IMG/VR virus record: IMGVR_UViG_2700989080_000001
Coordinates: 1 to 64,000 of that record
Reading direction: 5' to 3' (one strand)
Source of the DNA: a virus
Lineage: Duplodnaviria; Caudoviricetes
Length of the DNA stretch: 64,000 nt
Shown here: positions 1 through 10,517 of the stretch, piece after piece
Numbering within the stretch: position 1 is the stretch's first letter
Layout of the letters: each line of letters starts with the position of its first letter
Notes under the pieces: generated by a model
Databases searched by the model: none
Seen by the model: the letters and a program-made list of their open reading frames with translations, nothing else
Told to the model about the DNA's origin: nothing
Translations under genes and position numbers: made by a program

Positions 1-114
1 CCTTATTTTTCCTCCGGGGGGATTTTTGGCCGAAGCAATCCGGTTCCGGGCCGGCCAGGAGGCTCTTTAAAACCTGGTTGAAAGTACTTGTAACTCGCCT
101 GAAAGGATTCCGGC

Positions 115-1740
115 ATGCCAACAATCAAGAACAGACGAGCAACAAAGTCTCAGTGGGCAGCCGGTAACGCAGTGCTTGCTTCTGGAGAGATCGGCTACGA
201 GCTTGACACGAACAAGTTCAAGGTCGGCAACGGTGTCTCCGGTTGGAACAGCCTCAAGTATTTCGTTGATGAGTCGGCAATCAACAACAAGAGCTCGCTC
301 ACGGTCAACATGGACGACGTCGTCGGCTTCAATGACGGCACCACCGACCACGGGGCAGCCTTGCTCTCCGCCATCGCATCGCTTCCGGTAAAGCCAAACG
401 CTTTCGGCGCTGTCGGTACGATCTACTTCCCCGCCGGCAACTGGGTCATCTCTGGTTCCTTTGCCAACAGCGAAGCCAAGCGCTTCAACATCGTCGGCGA
501 AGGTGCTTTGGTCACCACGATCAAGCGACCAGCCGGACAGTACGAAACAGACTTCTTCACTTTGAACGCGAAGAACACTTACATCAGCGGCATGACGATC
601 GAAGGTGGTCGCTACCAAGGCAACACCGGAGACACGGTTGTGCTCAACGGTGCTTACACTCGATTCGAGCGATCGGTCGTTACCAAGTCTGGTGGCAACG
701 GATTGACAATCGGCAAGGCCGGCGCCGCTATCGTTCATTCGCTTCACTCCTTGCTGTTCCGAGAGAACGCGAAGTACGGAATCCACACTGTCGCGTCGAG
801 TGGGTCCACCGACGGCATGTGGTCCGACGTCGAGGTTGGCAACAGCGGACTCTCCGGTGTCCGTCTCAGCACAGGCGCTCAGAACATCTCGAATCTCCAC
901 GTCTGGGGTTCGGGTCTTGAGTCGACTACCGACCGAGATGGCATCTGGTTGGACTCCGGTTCGAACCAGCTGACCAACTGGCAGTCCGAGAAGAATCTCG
1001 GCCGTGGTATTCGTATCACAAGCGACAGCAACGTCCTCACTGGCGGTCGTGTTTGGGGTAACTGCCTCGGAGCAGTCTACTTGCTCTCGGCAAACTACAA
1101 CGTGATCGCCGACAACATTTTCTCTCGCAACTCCGTGAACAACACGTCGGGTTCGACGTCGACTTCGTTCGCTGTCGTGTTCGCGGACGGATCTACTCAC
1201 AACTCGTTCAACGGCAACATCTTCTGGGACACTGCAACTGAGATGCCGGCTGGAACTTACGTAACCCAACCGACTTATCCCTACCCAGGCCGAACAGCGG
1301 TTCGAACCCACGCGCTCTTGTACGCCGAGGCCGGCGCTTCCGACTACAACATTCTTGTCGGCAACGATGCTCCTCGTGAGTTGACTCGACTTGGGTCTTC
1401 GGTGCTCCCCTACGTGATCGTCGGCAACAACGATCTGATCGAGAACAACAATTGGGGGTCTTCGATCCTCCCCGATCGTTCAATCGTCAGCGGAGCCGTT
1501 CGTGTTCCCGCAGACTCCAATGTTATTACGATCTCTGCCTCAGCCGAGATCACTTCGGTGCTTGGTCATCGCAGAGGTCGAGAGGTCACGCTCATCTTCA
1601 CCGCTGCGACGCCGGGCGTCGTTCGAGACAATGGCACAACACTCAACCTCGCCGGCGATTTTACACCAGCAAAGGGTGGGACGCTGCAGCTTGTCTCTGA
1701 CGGCACCAACTGGTACGAGACCGGAAGGTCGACGAACTAA
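115..1740 (+). CDS. Receptor-binding/tailspike-like protein, Mtd-type N-terminal module + right-handed beta-helix (pectate lyase-like)
   Basis: N-term MPTIKNRR...W...N.VLASGEIGYELDTNKFKVGNG; DGTTDHGAAL...IYFPAGNW motif and Asn/Gly-rich beta-helix repeats. Confidence 0.75.
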   Translation: MPTIKNRRATKSQWAAGNAVLASGEIGYELDTNKFKVGNGVSGWNSLKYFVDESAINNKSSLTVNMDDVVGFNDGTTDHGAALLSAIASLPVKPNAFGAVGTIYFPAGNWVISGSFANSEAKRFNIVGEGALVTTIKRPAGQYETDFFTLNAKNTYISGMTIEGGRYQGNTGDTVVLNGAYTRFERSVVTKSGGNGLTIGKAGAAIVHSLHSLLFRENAKYGIHTVASSGSTDGMWSDVEVGNSGLSGVRLSTGAQNISNLHVWGSGLESTTDRDGIWLDSGSNQLTNWQSEKNLGRGIRITSDSNVLTGGRVWGNCLGAVYLLSANYNVIADNIFSRNSVNNTSGSTSTSFAVVFADGSTHNSFNGNIFWDTATEMPAGTYVTQPTYPYPGRTAVRTHALLYAEAGASDYNILVGNDAPRELTRLGSSVLPYVIVGNNDLIENNNWGSSILPDRSIVSGAVRVPADSNVITISASAEITSVLGHRRGREVTLIFTAATPGVVRDNGTTLNLAGDFTPAKGGTLQLVSDGTNWYETGRSTN

Positions 1741-1770
1741 TCAAACCTGCTACACGAAAGAGTCGGGAAC

Positions 1771-3999
1771 ATGCCTACACTAAAGAACAGACGAGCACCA
1801 AAGTCTCAGTGGGATTCCTTGAACCCGATACTTGCTTCGGGAGAGATTGGTTTCGAGTTTGACACCAACCGGTTCAAGATCGGCAATGGCGTTTCCAACT
1901 GGAGTAGTCTAGCTTACTTCGCCGACGAGAACACTCTACTCCCGGACTCGACGATCATTCAAGCAACATCGAGTCGGGTTCCTGGGCTAGACACGACTGG
2001 TTCTGTTAGCGCAAGCGATGCGTTGAATTCTGTCTTTGCAAATGCTCCTGTAGGTTCGACCGTGAAGATGGTAGGGACTTACCTGATCGACAAAGCTGTC
2101 GACATCGATCCGACAAAGTTTCTGACGATCGATGCCAGCGCAGCAACTTTCTTGCTGCATGGATCTGGTACGAAGCTTCGTTGTATCGGAAGTTTTCAGG
2201 AACCGTACAGCATCCTCACCATCTCTACCGAATCTCTCGTCGTAGAGAACAAAACCCGAACCTTCACGAAACTCATGCTGTCGAATCCTCCTCCGTGGAA
2301 AGTCGGCGATGTCGTAAAGATTGTGGCTAACGATGTGATCCCTGCGTCGCACATTACTTCCGACACTGTGAAGCCTCGTGTTGGGGAATTCTCTGTAGTT
2401 CATTCCGTTGATGGAGCCACAGTCTACCTCAAGACTCCGTTGATCGAGAACTATTCGTTGAACCCGAGAATCGCTAGGATGAATCCTGGCTCGGTCACAA
2501 TGCTTCAGCCTACGGTGGACGTTACCGACTCGACGCTCGCGTCAAAGCACGTTGGGAACTTCTTTCGTTGCCAAGCTCTCGTTCAGCCGAGAATCATTCG
2601 ACCCGTTATGAAGCGATTGACCAGCATGGGTCTTTCGATGAAGTCTTGTCTGGGCTACGTGATCGAACACGCTGTTGGACGATACGCTCTCGACGACACT
2701 GCGAATGGTAATGTTGGTTACTTCGTTCATGATTCTGGTTGTCAAGTTGGTCGAGTTATTGGCGGTGACTTCACTGCTGGTCGACATGCGTTCACCGATG
2801 GGTCGGCAGATGTTGCTGTGGATTCGACCGAGTTTGCTGACTACGGCGCCAGTATCGATTACAAGATTATTGGTGCTACGTCAAGGGCAATGACTGCTGC
2901 TTGCTGGGACACTCATCATAACTCCATTGGTGGAGAGTTCATCGATTGTTCTGCTTATCCTCTGAAGGAAGAGTCGGCGTTTCTTCTTCGAGGAAGAAAG
3001 CACCGCGTCATCAACCCGAAGAGCTACGGTGGAGACACACTTCTCACAGTTCTCACTCAGGTTACTGGAACGTGGAGTAAGGGTGAGTCTTATGGTCATG
3101 AGTTGGTGAATCCGTGGAGTGATGGAACTGCTCGTATTGTCGTGGTCAACGTTAGGAGCGATGTCAATCACCCTAATGTTGGTGTTCGTCAAGAAGTCCC
3201 CAACCTTACCGTCCAAGGCGGAACACATTACGGTGCAGTTCGACGAGCTCTAGTCATCAATGGGTGGGTAGACATGGTTGGGTCTGCACTCACCAAGCTT
3301 GGCGATTACGCTAATGGCGCGCTGTATGAGACGCAAAACTCGGTTCTGACATTTCGCGATGAAACCATCGATGCATCTCTTGTGTCGTCGTTTGGTCAAG
3401 GAACTCAACGAGTCTTCTATGCCAATGACTCCGATTCAGCCAAACACAGCGTCGTCAAGGGTGGTCGATTGTCTGTATCCGCCTCTTCTGCATACATTAC
3501 TGCGTCTCCAGTTCCGATCGAATGTCTGATCAACACCGAGCGTTTCGATTTCGACGACATTTTCTTTGACACGGCTTGGCCGTCTTCCACTCCAATCGCT
3601 GTTCCGGATAGCACGCTCATTCAGAACAACATCAAGTGGCGAAGTCGAAACGTTCACGCAGCCAGTAGCGTTACTCAGAGAAGTTCCCACGTTGTGAACT
3701 TTTCCAACGCTCAGGTTTCTGGAAGCCATCGAAATCTGGCTCGATCCATCGATGAAACTCTTTTGATGTTGGTTGACATCACGGATTCGACGCCTCGCAC
3801 TCTTTCTCAGCTGTGGCTGGGTAAGTTTGTTGGACAGCGTCTCGTCATTTTCCGGCCCGGAACTGGTGCTGCTATTACTGTAGTCAACGGTGCTTCCGGT
3901 CGCACCGCTTTGCTCGGAGGCTCCGATAAAACGCTGTCTTCGGCTGGCGATTCGTTGTCTCTCATTTGGACTGGAACAGCCTGGAGTCAGGTGTCTTGA
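1771..3999 (+). CDS. Receptor-binding/tailspike-like protein, Mtd-type N-term + probable beta-helix depolymerase
   Basis: Same N-terminal module; GLDTTGSVSASDALN...GTYLI motif typical of tailspike beta-helix start. Confidence 0.7.
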   Translation: MPTLKNRRAPKSQWDSLNPILASGEIGFEFDTNRFKIGNGVSNWSSLAYFADENTLLPDSTIIQATSSRVPGLDTTGSVSASDALNSVFANAPVGSTVKMVGTYLIDKAVDIDPTKFLTIDASAATFLLHGSGTKLRCIGSFQEPYSILTISTESLVVENKTRTFTKLMLSNPPPWKVGDVVKIVANDVIPASHITSDTVKPRVGEFSVVHSVDGATVYLKTPLIENYSLNPRIARMNPGSVTMLQPTVDVTDSTLASKHVGNFFRCQALVQPRIIRPVMKRLTSMGLSMKSCLGYVIEHAVGRYALDDTANGNVGYFVHDSGCQVGRVIGGDFTAGRHAFTDGSADVAVDSTEFADYGASIDYKIIGATSRAMTAACWDTHHNSIGGEFIDCSAYPLKEESAFLLRGRKHRVINPKSYGGDTLLTVLTQVTGTWSKGESYGHELVNPWSDGTARIVVVNVRSDVNHPNVGVRQEVPNLTVQGGTHYGAVRRALVINGWVDMVGSALTKLGDYANGALYETQNSVLTFRDETIDASLVSSFGQGTQRVFYANDSDSAKHSVVKGGRLSVSASSAYITASPVPIECLINTERFDFDDIFFDTAWPSSTPIAVPDSTLIQNNIKWRSRNVHAASSVTQRSSHVVNFSNAQVSGSHRNLARSIDETLLMLVDITDSTPRTLSQLWLGKFVGQRLVIFRPGTGAAITVVNGASGRTALLGGSDKTLSSAGDSLSLIWTGTAWSQVS

Positions 4000-4034
4000 T
4001 TCTCTAACAAACCTGCTACATGAAAGTCGGGAAC

Positions 4035-5780
4035 ATGCCTACACTAAAGAACAGACGAGCACCAAAGTCTCAGTGGGACATCCTCAATCCGGTCTTAGCG
4101 GCAGGCGAGATTGGTTACGAGCTTGATACTCGTAGGTTCAAGATTGGTGATGGGCTTAGTCGATGGAACGCGCTCGAGTTCTTCGCTACTGTCGAAGGCC
4201 TTGACGCAACCTACGTTCGAGAAGACGAAGTCGGCGGACGCATTGCTGCTGCCATCGCTTCTGATGGAACCGTTGTCGCCGCTGCCGAACAGGCTGTGAC
4301 CGAAGAACTCGGTAAAGCTGGTGTCATCACCAAGTCGGACGCATCCAACGGCTTCGTTCTCGAACACTTCGACAACGACTCTGGTGTGGCCTTCTCGATC
4401 ACCGATGCCGATGGTAAGCGATCCTGGCTTGAGATCGGAAAAGACGGCAAGCCGAGTGCTCATGCTGTCTCGATTCTTAAGAGCATCCTCGGAATCTCCG
4501 AAGGTGCCGGCGTCACGTTCACGTCGATCAATGAAGGCTACGGCGTAGCTCTTTCGGTCGTCGACACAAACGATCGTCGTTCCTGGATCGAGATCGGGCT
4601 GGATGGTCTTCCGACTCAGCATGCCGTCGACCTTCTGACGACTGCTCTCGGGATCGAGAACGTCGGTGCCATCACCGAATCGACTCCGATCGAAGTCGGT
4701 AACTACAACATCGAGACTCGCCAGAATCCAAATGGGACTTCTCGTCTGATTTCTAGCGATCGAGATACTGGTGAATTGACTGTTCTTCGTGAAGGTTTCA
4801 TTCTCGATCCTCGTCCTCTCGACGACGTGTCGCTTGCTTACCGTTACCGCGGAACTACTGCGGATCCTTGGGAGTCTTTCTTCGTCCCGGCTTCCGGTGG
4901 CGATTCAAACCGAATGGTCTCTTGGTACAACTGGGTGTGCTGGGGTGACAGTCTCACTTATTCGTCCGGCGCTCAATGGCAGAAGGAGGTCGAGCGTCTT
5001 CTCGGTCTGACGGTAGTTGCCCGAGGCGTGTCCGGTGAACGAGCCGAGGCTATCGCATATCGACAGGGCGGTCTCACTGCTCAGATCACCGTGGTTGGGG
5101 GAAGCATCCCGGCTTCGGGGACTGTCGAGATCACCGTTGCCGGTACACCATTCCGACCGAACCAGTATCAGAGCGCAGGCGCTCATGCCGGTTCTATCGC
5201 TGGGGTGCATGGTGAAATTCTCCCTCGTGCCAGCGACACAGATCCGATGTTGTTCCAACGAAGCGCTTCTGGAGAAGCAGTTTCCGTTCCTTCTGCGGTT
5301 CCTTGGGTTTCTGATGACGCTCACACTTACCGGGACTGGAGCAACATCATCTGGGCCGGTCGAAACTCGCTGACCACCGACGTCTCGAAGACCGATCCAG
5401 CAAACTCGGCTGCAGCTCGATCTGTTGCAGCGATGGTCGCCAACATCAAGTCTCGAACCAAGCGGTTCATCATTTTCCCGGTCACCAATGGGCTCAACGA
5501 GGGAACCGGCACCGATACCTACGATCGGGTTCGAGCTCACGAGGACTACCTCGCGGCAACTTACCCGGACAACTTCTTGAACATCCGTCGTATCCTCATT
5601 GACGATGGTCTCGAGATGGCTGGTATCACACCGACTGCACAGGACAATGCTGATGTGTTGGCCGACACCATTCCGGCTTCGCTTCGGTCCGACTACATTC
5701 ACCACACTACCGCGGCTTACGTCAAGGTCATTGCGCCTGCTGTTGCCGACTTCATCACCTCGAAAGGCTGGAAGCCGTGA
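4035..5780 (+). CDS. Mtd-type N-term + SGNH/GDSL esterase domain protein
   Basis: Start at MPTLKNRR (4035); SGNH blocks GDSLT, GVSGE, GRN, DYIH; internal ~38-aa tandem repeat. Confidence 0.75.
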   Translation: MPTLKNRRAPKSQWDILNPVLAAGEIGYELDTRRFKIGDGLSRWNALEFFATVEGLDATYVREDEVGGRIAAAIASDGTVVAAAEQAVTEELGKAGVITKSDASNGFVLEHFDNDSGVAFSITDADGKRSWLEIGKDGKPSAHAVSILKSILGISEGAGVTFTSINEGYGVALSVVDTNDRRSWIEIGLDGLPTQHAVDLLTTALGIENVGAITESTPIEVGNYNIETRQNPNGTSRLISSDRDTGELTVLREGFILDPRPLDDVSLAYRYRGTTADPWESFFVPASGGDSNRMVSWYNWVCWGDSLTYSSGAQWQKEVERLLGLTVVARGVSGERAEAIAYRQGGLTAQITVVGGSIPASGTVEITVAGTPFRPNQYQSAGAHAGSIAGVHGEILPRASDTDPMLFQRSASGEAVSVPSAVPWVSDDAHTYRDWSNIIWAGRNSLTTDVSKTDPANSAAARSVAAMVANIKSRTKRFIIFPVTNGLNEGTGTDTYDRVRAHEDYLAATYPDNFLNIRRILIDDGLEMAGITPTAQDNADVLADTIPASLRSDYIHHTTAAYVKVIAPAVADFITSKGWKP

Positions 5781-6637
5781 CCGCTCTCAAGCTTACCGTT
5801 CCTCTGTCGTTCACCGATTCGAGCCTTCCGATTCTCAAGTCGGACCCGATGTTGAACGCCGGCTCGTTGGCTCTGATCGAACCGATGCATCCGATCTCTC
5901 AGTGGGGCGCTGGTGTTCCGGCTTCTGGAGCAACGATCCCCAACCTCGCCACGAAGTTTGCTGTGCCGCTTCTGGGTTCCAACATTGACGGCACCTTCAT
6001 CAATGGGGGATTCACCGATGCGACCTCGGGAAAGATCGAGCGAACCGCCAAGGGTGGCATTCACGGTATCGTGAGCCAGGCCAAGGATGCTGGTCCTCAC
6101 ACTTCGACTTCCGCGGGTGTCACGCTGCCGACTTCGTTGTGGGACTATGTCGCATCCAATCCGACCCACGACTTCTACGCCTCGTTCTGGGCGCAGACCA
6201 CTCGTGGTGCGGTGTCCGGCAAGTTCCCGGTCATGGCGATCATCTCCGAGGGAAGCACGACTGCGAACTACTTGTTCGTGATGCAGAATTCGACTCGACC
6301 TTCGGCCACGAATGATGCCCCGTCGTTCATCGGCGCCCGAGGTGGAATGGTAGACACCGGTCCGATCGTTCGAAACGTCGCTGTGAGTCAGGTTACTGGC
6401 GCTATGAGCACGGGCGCCGCCACTAAGGCTCGTGAGTTCGGTTGGGGTCGTTACCGCAACAACGCTTCGGGTCACTTCTCCTGGGTCTTCTACCGTTTCT
6501 ACATGGAAGACCTCACGGTGTCTGGTCGAACCTACGCCCAGGCTGACGCTGCCGACTTGGCTCTGAAGAATGCGGCCTTCGGTGCCGGCGGTCGTTACGC
6601 CAACGACACGTTCACCGATCCGACCACGATCCCCTGA
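5777..6637 (+). CDS. Hypothetical virion-associated protein, translationally coupled to the SGNH gene
   Basis: GTGA overlap with upstream gene; phage-like codon usage. Confidence 0.55.
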   Translation: MTALKLTVPLSFTDSSLPILKSDPMLNAGSLALIEPMHPISQWGAGVPASGATIPNLATKFAVPLLGSNIDGTFINGGFTDATSGKIERTAKGGIHGIVSQAKDAGPHTSTSAGVTLPTSLWDYVASNPTHDFYASFWAQTTRGAVSGKFPVMAIISEGSTTANYLFVMQNSTRPSATNDAPSFIGARGGMVDTGPIVRNVAVSQVTGAMSTGAATKAREFGWGRYRNNASGHFSWVFYRFYMEDLTVSGRTYAQADAADLALKNAAFGAGGRYANDTFTDPTTIP

Positions 6638-6695
6638 TCGACAGTCGTCAAAATGGTAGTTCACTAACAAGCTTACGATAGAGAAGGTCGGGGAC

Positions 6696-7574
6696 ATGCC
6701 TACCATCAAGAACAGACGAGCGACCAAGTCTCAATGGTCCGTCGCCAATCCCGTCTTGGCTGCAGGTGAGATTGGCTATGAGATCGACACCAACAAGTTG
6801 AAGATCGGTAACGGCACTTCCGCTTGGTCATCTCTGAAGTACTTTGTCGACGAAGAAGCATTCAAGGCGTCCTTCACTCCGGCTCTCGCTCCTGGTTGGA
6901 GTCAGCGCTGGTTCGGTGGGGCTATTCGCAACCTTGGCGCTTCCGGAGGTTACTGGCAGCCCATCGATGATGGCGCCCATTGGCCTTTCGGAATGCCTAC
7001 CGTGGTTACGACCACCGTCGGTATCGAGATCAACTACGACTTCGAAGCTGCCGGCATCGGAACCGTACTTGTCTCTCCTGACGAGACGATGGCTGCTCAG
7101 GGCTGGACTGCTGGAGCTTCTGTCGAGAAGACGAAGGCTACTCTGAAGCTCGCTCGGCACAAGACCCTTGCTGATCATCTCACCTGGGATGGAACGAAGT
7201 GGAGTTCTGCCGGCGGTGGCATGTCCGCGACCTTCTCTACCTCTGGCGGCGGTCAGGTGATCATCACTCATGAGAAGATGTATGGTCAGGGTATCTCCGT
7301 CGCTACTCGGGGTCGTGCCGTCGACGCGGTGATCTCCGAATCTGGGGCGGCTGACCCGTCCACCGAGACTCGCATCCAGTTGTACAACACGACGACCGAC
7401 GCGAAGATTGCAGTTGCCGCCGACATCCCCGCAAACACGAGGATCTACGTCAGCCGAATGGACTCGTTTCCTGGCGGAGCTATCAATCCTCAGTCTGCTC
7501 CGGATCAGACGGCACTCCCGAACTCCAACTTCTGGATCTTCGGCGTGCATCACACCGCTCCGCGTCCAATCTAA
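6696..7574 (+). CDS. Mtd-type N-term + unknown beta-rich domain (minor tail/fibre)
   Basis: Shared N-terminal module MPTIKNRRATKSQW...GEIGYEIDTNKLKIGNG. Confidence 0.65.
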   Translation: MPTIKNRRATKSQWSVANPVLAAGEIGYEIDTNKLKIGNGTSAWSSLKYFVDEEAFKASFTPALAPGWSQRWFGGAIRNLGASGGYWQPIDDGAHWPFGMPTVVTTTVGIEINYDFEAAGIGTVLVSPDETMAAQGWTAGASVEKTKATLKLARHKTLADHLTWDGTKWSSAGGGMSATFSTSGGGQVIITHEKMYGQGISVATRGRAVDAVISESGAADPSTETRIQLYNTTTDAKIAVAADIPANTRIYVSRMDSFPGGAINPQSAPDQTALPNSNFWIFGVHHTAPRPI

Positions 7575-7589
7575 TGAAAGAGGCGTAAC

Positions 7590-10160
7590 ATGCCCACGAT
7601 CAAGAACAGACGAGCGCCGGCGTCTCAGTGGTCTACGCTGAACCCAGTTCTAGCCGCCGGCGAAATTGGCTACGAGCTTGACACAAACAAATTCAAGATC
7701 GGCAATGGACTTTCTCGATGGAACGTCCTGAAGTATTTTCTTGACGAAGACTCTTTGATCCCTGGTGGACGCAACCCTTTCACGAAGGATGAGCTGCCCG
7801 ATCGTTGGAAGTCGATTATTGGTCAGCGAGACAGCCGATCGATCACAGGTGTCATCACAGGTTCTTCCACTACAGCTGGCGCTGGTGCAGAAAGTAATCA
7901 TCGACGATTTTCTGCTCAGCTTGCTCGAATGTTTCAATCGTCATACAACCCTTCTGGGATTGTTGGTGGGGAATCCTTTAGAGCATCTGACGGAAACATT
8001 GGGATTGCGCTTTCTTCCTCTCCTGCAACCACAGTGGTCGATACCGGTCTTGGTTTGGGCGCCCGAAGTCTTCCGGATGGCGCTTATCTTCGCCTCACTC
8101 GACCTCGCTCAACAGGGTTTGAGATTTTCTTCTCTCAAGGAGAAGGGTCTGGAGATCTAACCGTCAAGATTGACAGCGAAGCTCCTTACACTCATGTAGT
8201 CGATAAGACCGGACCGTTTAGGTATGACGGTCGGCTGAAGACAAGGGTTCTGGATGGTGGAAACCACTCCATCACCCTGACTGCCGTTGGCGGTAAGGTC
8301 AACATCGACTCGATTTACAACTTTATCGGTGACAACAACATCGGCATCAGGCTTCTGAACAACGGCAAGGGTGGGGCCACCATGTCGACGTTCATTGGGT
8401 CGGCTCCTGGAGCCCCGTCCATTCGAGAACGTATGGGTCAGCTAAAGCCTGACTTTCACATCGTATTTTTGGGATCGAACGAGCTTTCTGCAGCTTGGAC
8501 TGCGGATAAAACTGAGACCGAATTCGAAGCCTTTGTGCAAGAATTGCTTGAAATCTACGGTAGCGAACAGAACATGCCGTGGATTGGCCTCGTCGCAATG
8601 CCGAAGCGGCCCGATGTAGCTACCGACTACGATGGGATCTTGCGAGGCATCAAGGCTGTCGCTGCAAAGCATCCGAAGTATGTTTCTTTTCACGATCTTT
8701 CTTCCCTGTTCCCAAAGACTCAGGCTGAAGACAATGCGTGGTATGATTTCATCGGGACAGACAACGTTCACCCGACTCAAGCTGGCCATTCGGCAGAAGC
8801 CGATGGGGTTGCCGATCTCTTGGATCTCCCCTCTCGAGTTCTGGGTGCTCTTGCTCCTCCGACAGCAGAAGATGTTTCCAAGAATCCGGATCAGTACGAG
8901 ACTGTGGCGTTGTATGATGCTGCTTCGCTTTCGCTGGCAGATGGGGCTCCGGTTTCAAGTTGGTCGTCTACTAAAGGTAAAGCCGGCCCTAGGCCATTGA
9001 CACCTTTGACTGCTGGAACGGATCATACGCTCGTCAAGAACGATCCATTGTTCAACGGGCAACCTTCGGTGCACTTTGCTGGAGCTGCTGGTGCTGCGCT
9101 GCAGTCGGTGAGTGATCAGTCCTTCCTCGGTCCGACCACAACCATCCACGTTATTCATCGTATGAGTAAGACTGACAATCGCACAGTCTTCTCTGCGACG
9201 GGCGATGCCCCCTATAGTTACACGGCCGTTGCTGAAGTTAGTCGAATTCTTGGTGGAGCAAACAGAGCCAATGATTTCAGTTTGACTGGTCCGGCACCGA
9301 ATGATACTCCGCTTATCATTGCTACGGTGTTTGACGGGACAAATTCCAAGTTGTATGTCAACAATGTCAAAACTTTCATTCCTGTCGTTATGACAGCTAA
9401 TGGGATTGGCGTTAGAGACTTCCGATACGGAAACAACAACAGCCTTGGTGCGCCTTATACAGGGGCGTTGGCTTTCTCGCAGATCTTCAACAAGGCTTTG
9501 ACGCCCGCCGAGATCGAACAGGTTGTCTCACCCCTTGCTTCTCGATTCGGAATCGAGTTGTACCCCAACTATTCCTCCACCTTCTTTACTTCTGACGACT
9601 TTGCTGGAGCAAGCTCCAACAATGTGGTGGGACGTACGCTTAACGCGGCTCTTGGTGGAGCTCAAATGGTTTGGAAGGGTAGCAACAACGTTCTCGGTAT
9701 CGCCAATGGAATGTTGGTTCGTGGTTCCGCCACAGACACGCTGGGTTCGATCTATGTTGAGCCTGTCTCGGCAGACTATGAGGTCGGAATCACCATCGGA
9801 GAACAAGTCGGAGACATCGAGACCTTCTTGGATGGACGTCGAGATCCCGTGTCCAACTTCGGCTATCGGGTTCGACTCACTCCGGACCGCACCACCATCA
9901 GTTTGCTGAAGCGGACGACTGGACAAACGATCACGCTTGGTGGAGCCAACGTCTATCCCGTCAAAATGGGAGACAAGGTTGCCCTTCGGTCGTTTGGAAC
10001 TCAGGTCAGTATGGTCGTGAATGGAACTCCAGTCGCGGTCACCAAGGACACTGAGTTCACAGCAGCTGGTCGAGCAGGATTGGCGAGTGGTCCCGGCGAC
10101 AACACCAAGAAGTTTGGTGGACTCACCGACTTCTATGTGAAGAATCTGACAAACCCGTGA
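7590..10160 (+). CDS. Mtd-type N-term + SGNH hydrolase + lectin/LamG-like domains
   Basis: Shared N-term; GSSTT, GSNE, DNVHP SGNH blocks; C-terminal beta-sandwich-like region ending in FNKALTPAEI. Confidence 0.7.
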   Translation: MPTIKNRRAPASQWSTLNPVLAAGEIGYELDTNKFKIGNGLSRWNVLKYFLDEDSLIPGGRNPFTKDELPDRWKSIIGQRDSRSITGVITGSSTTAGAGAESNHRRFSAQLARMFQSSYNPSGIVGGESFRASDGNIGIALSSSPATTVVDTGLGLGARSLPDGAYLRLTRPRSTGFEIFFSQGEGSGDLTVKIDSEAPYTHVVDKTGPFRYDGRLKTRVLDGGNHSITLTAVGGKVNIDSIYNFIGDNNIGIRLLNNGKGGATMSTFIGSAPGAPSIRERMGQLKPDFHIVFLGSNELSAAWTADKTETEFEAFVQELLEIYGSEQNMPWIGLVAMPKRPDVATDYDGILRGIKAVAAKHPKYVSFHDLSSLFPKTQAEDNAWYDFIGTDNVHPTQAGHSAEADGVADLLDLPSRVLGALAPPTAEDVSKNPDQYETVALYDAASLSLADGAPVSSWSSTKGKAGPRPLTPLTAGTDHTLVKNDPLFNGQPSVHFAGAAGAALQSVSDQSFLGPTTTIHVIHRMSKTDNRTVFSATGDAPYSYTAVAEVSRILGGANRANDFSLTGPAPNDTPLIIATVFDGTNSKLYVNNVKTFIPVVMTANGIGVRDFRYGNNNSLGAPYTGALAFSQIFNKALTPAEIEQVVSPLASRFGIELYPNYSSTFFTSDDFAGASSNNVVGRTLNAALGGAQMVWKGSNNVLGIANGMLVRGSATDTLGSIYVEPVSADYEVGITIGEQVGDIETFLDGRRDPVSNFGYRVRLTPDRTTISLLKRTTGQTITLGGANVYPVKMGDKVALRSFGTQVSMVVNGTPVAVTKDTEFTAAGRAGLASGPGDNTKKFGGLTDFYVKNLTNP

Positions 10161-10198
10161 TCTAACTATCGTTCCCCCACACTATTCTAGGAGAGAAG

Positions 10199-10501
10199 AT
10201 GATTGTTGTACTCAGCGCCATCCTTGCTTTGCTTGCGGTTTCAATGCCGTATGTTCCAGCAGCTCTCCATTTTGTGTGGGGGAACGGTAGAGGGCTATTT
10301 GCCCGCCGTTATGTAGTAATCAAATACCACCACAATGCTGATCGATTGGCTACCCACGGGGGGAAGCGTTTTCGAACGATGTTCTGGGCTATGCGACACA
10401 ATCAGCGAATGAACAAACTTTACACTGATTCTCGGGTCAAGTTTCGAGTTCCCGAGATCGACTACTTCTACACAGTGAAGCCGTTGGTTGCGTTAACTTA
10501 G
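10199..10501 (+). CDS. Hypothetical protein with N-terminal hydrophobic segment
   Basis: AGGAGA RBS; hydrophobic N-terminus. Confidence 0.5.
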   Translation: MIVVLSAILALLAVSMPYVPAALHFVWGNGRGLFARRYVVIKYHHNADRLATHGGKRFRTMFWAMRHNQRMNKLYTDSRVKFRVPEIDYFYTVKPLVALT

Positions 10502-10517
10502 ACGAAAGAGCACTGCC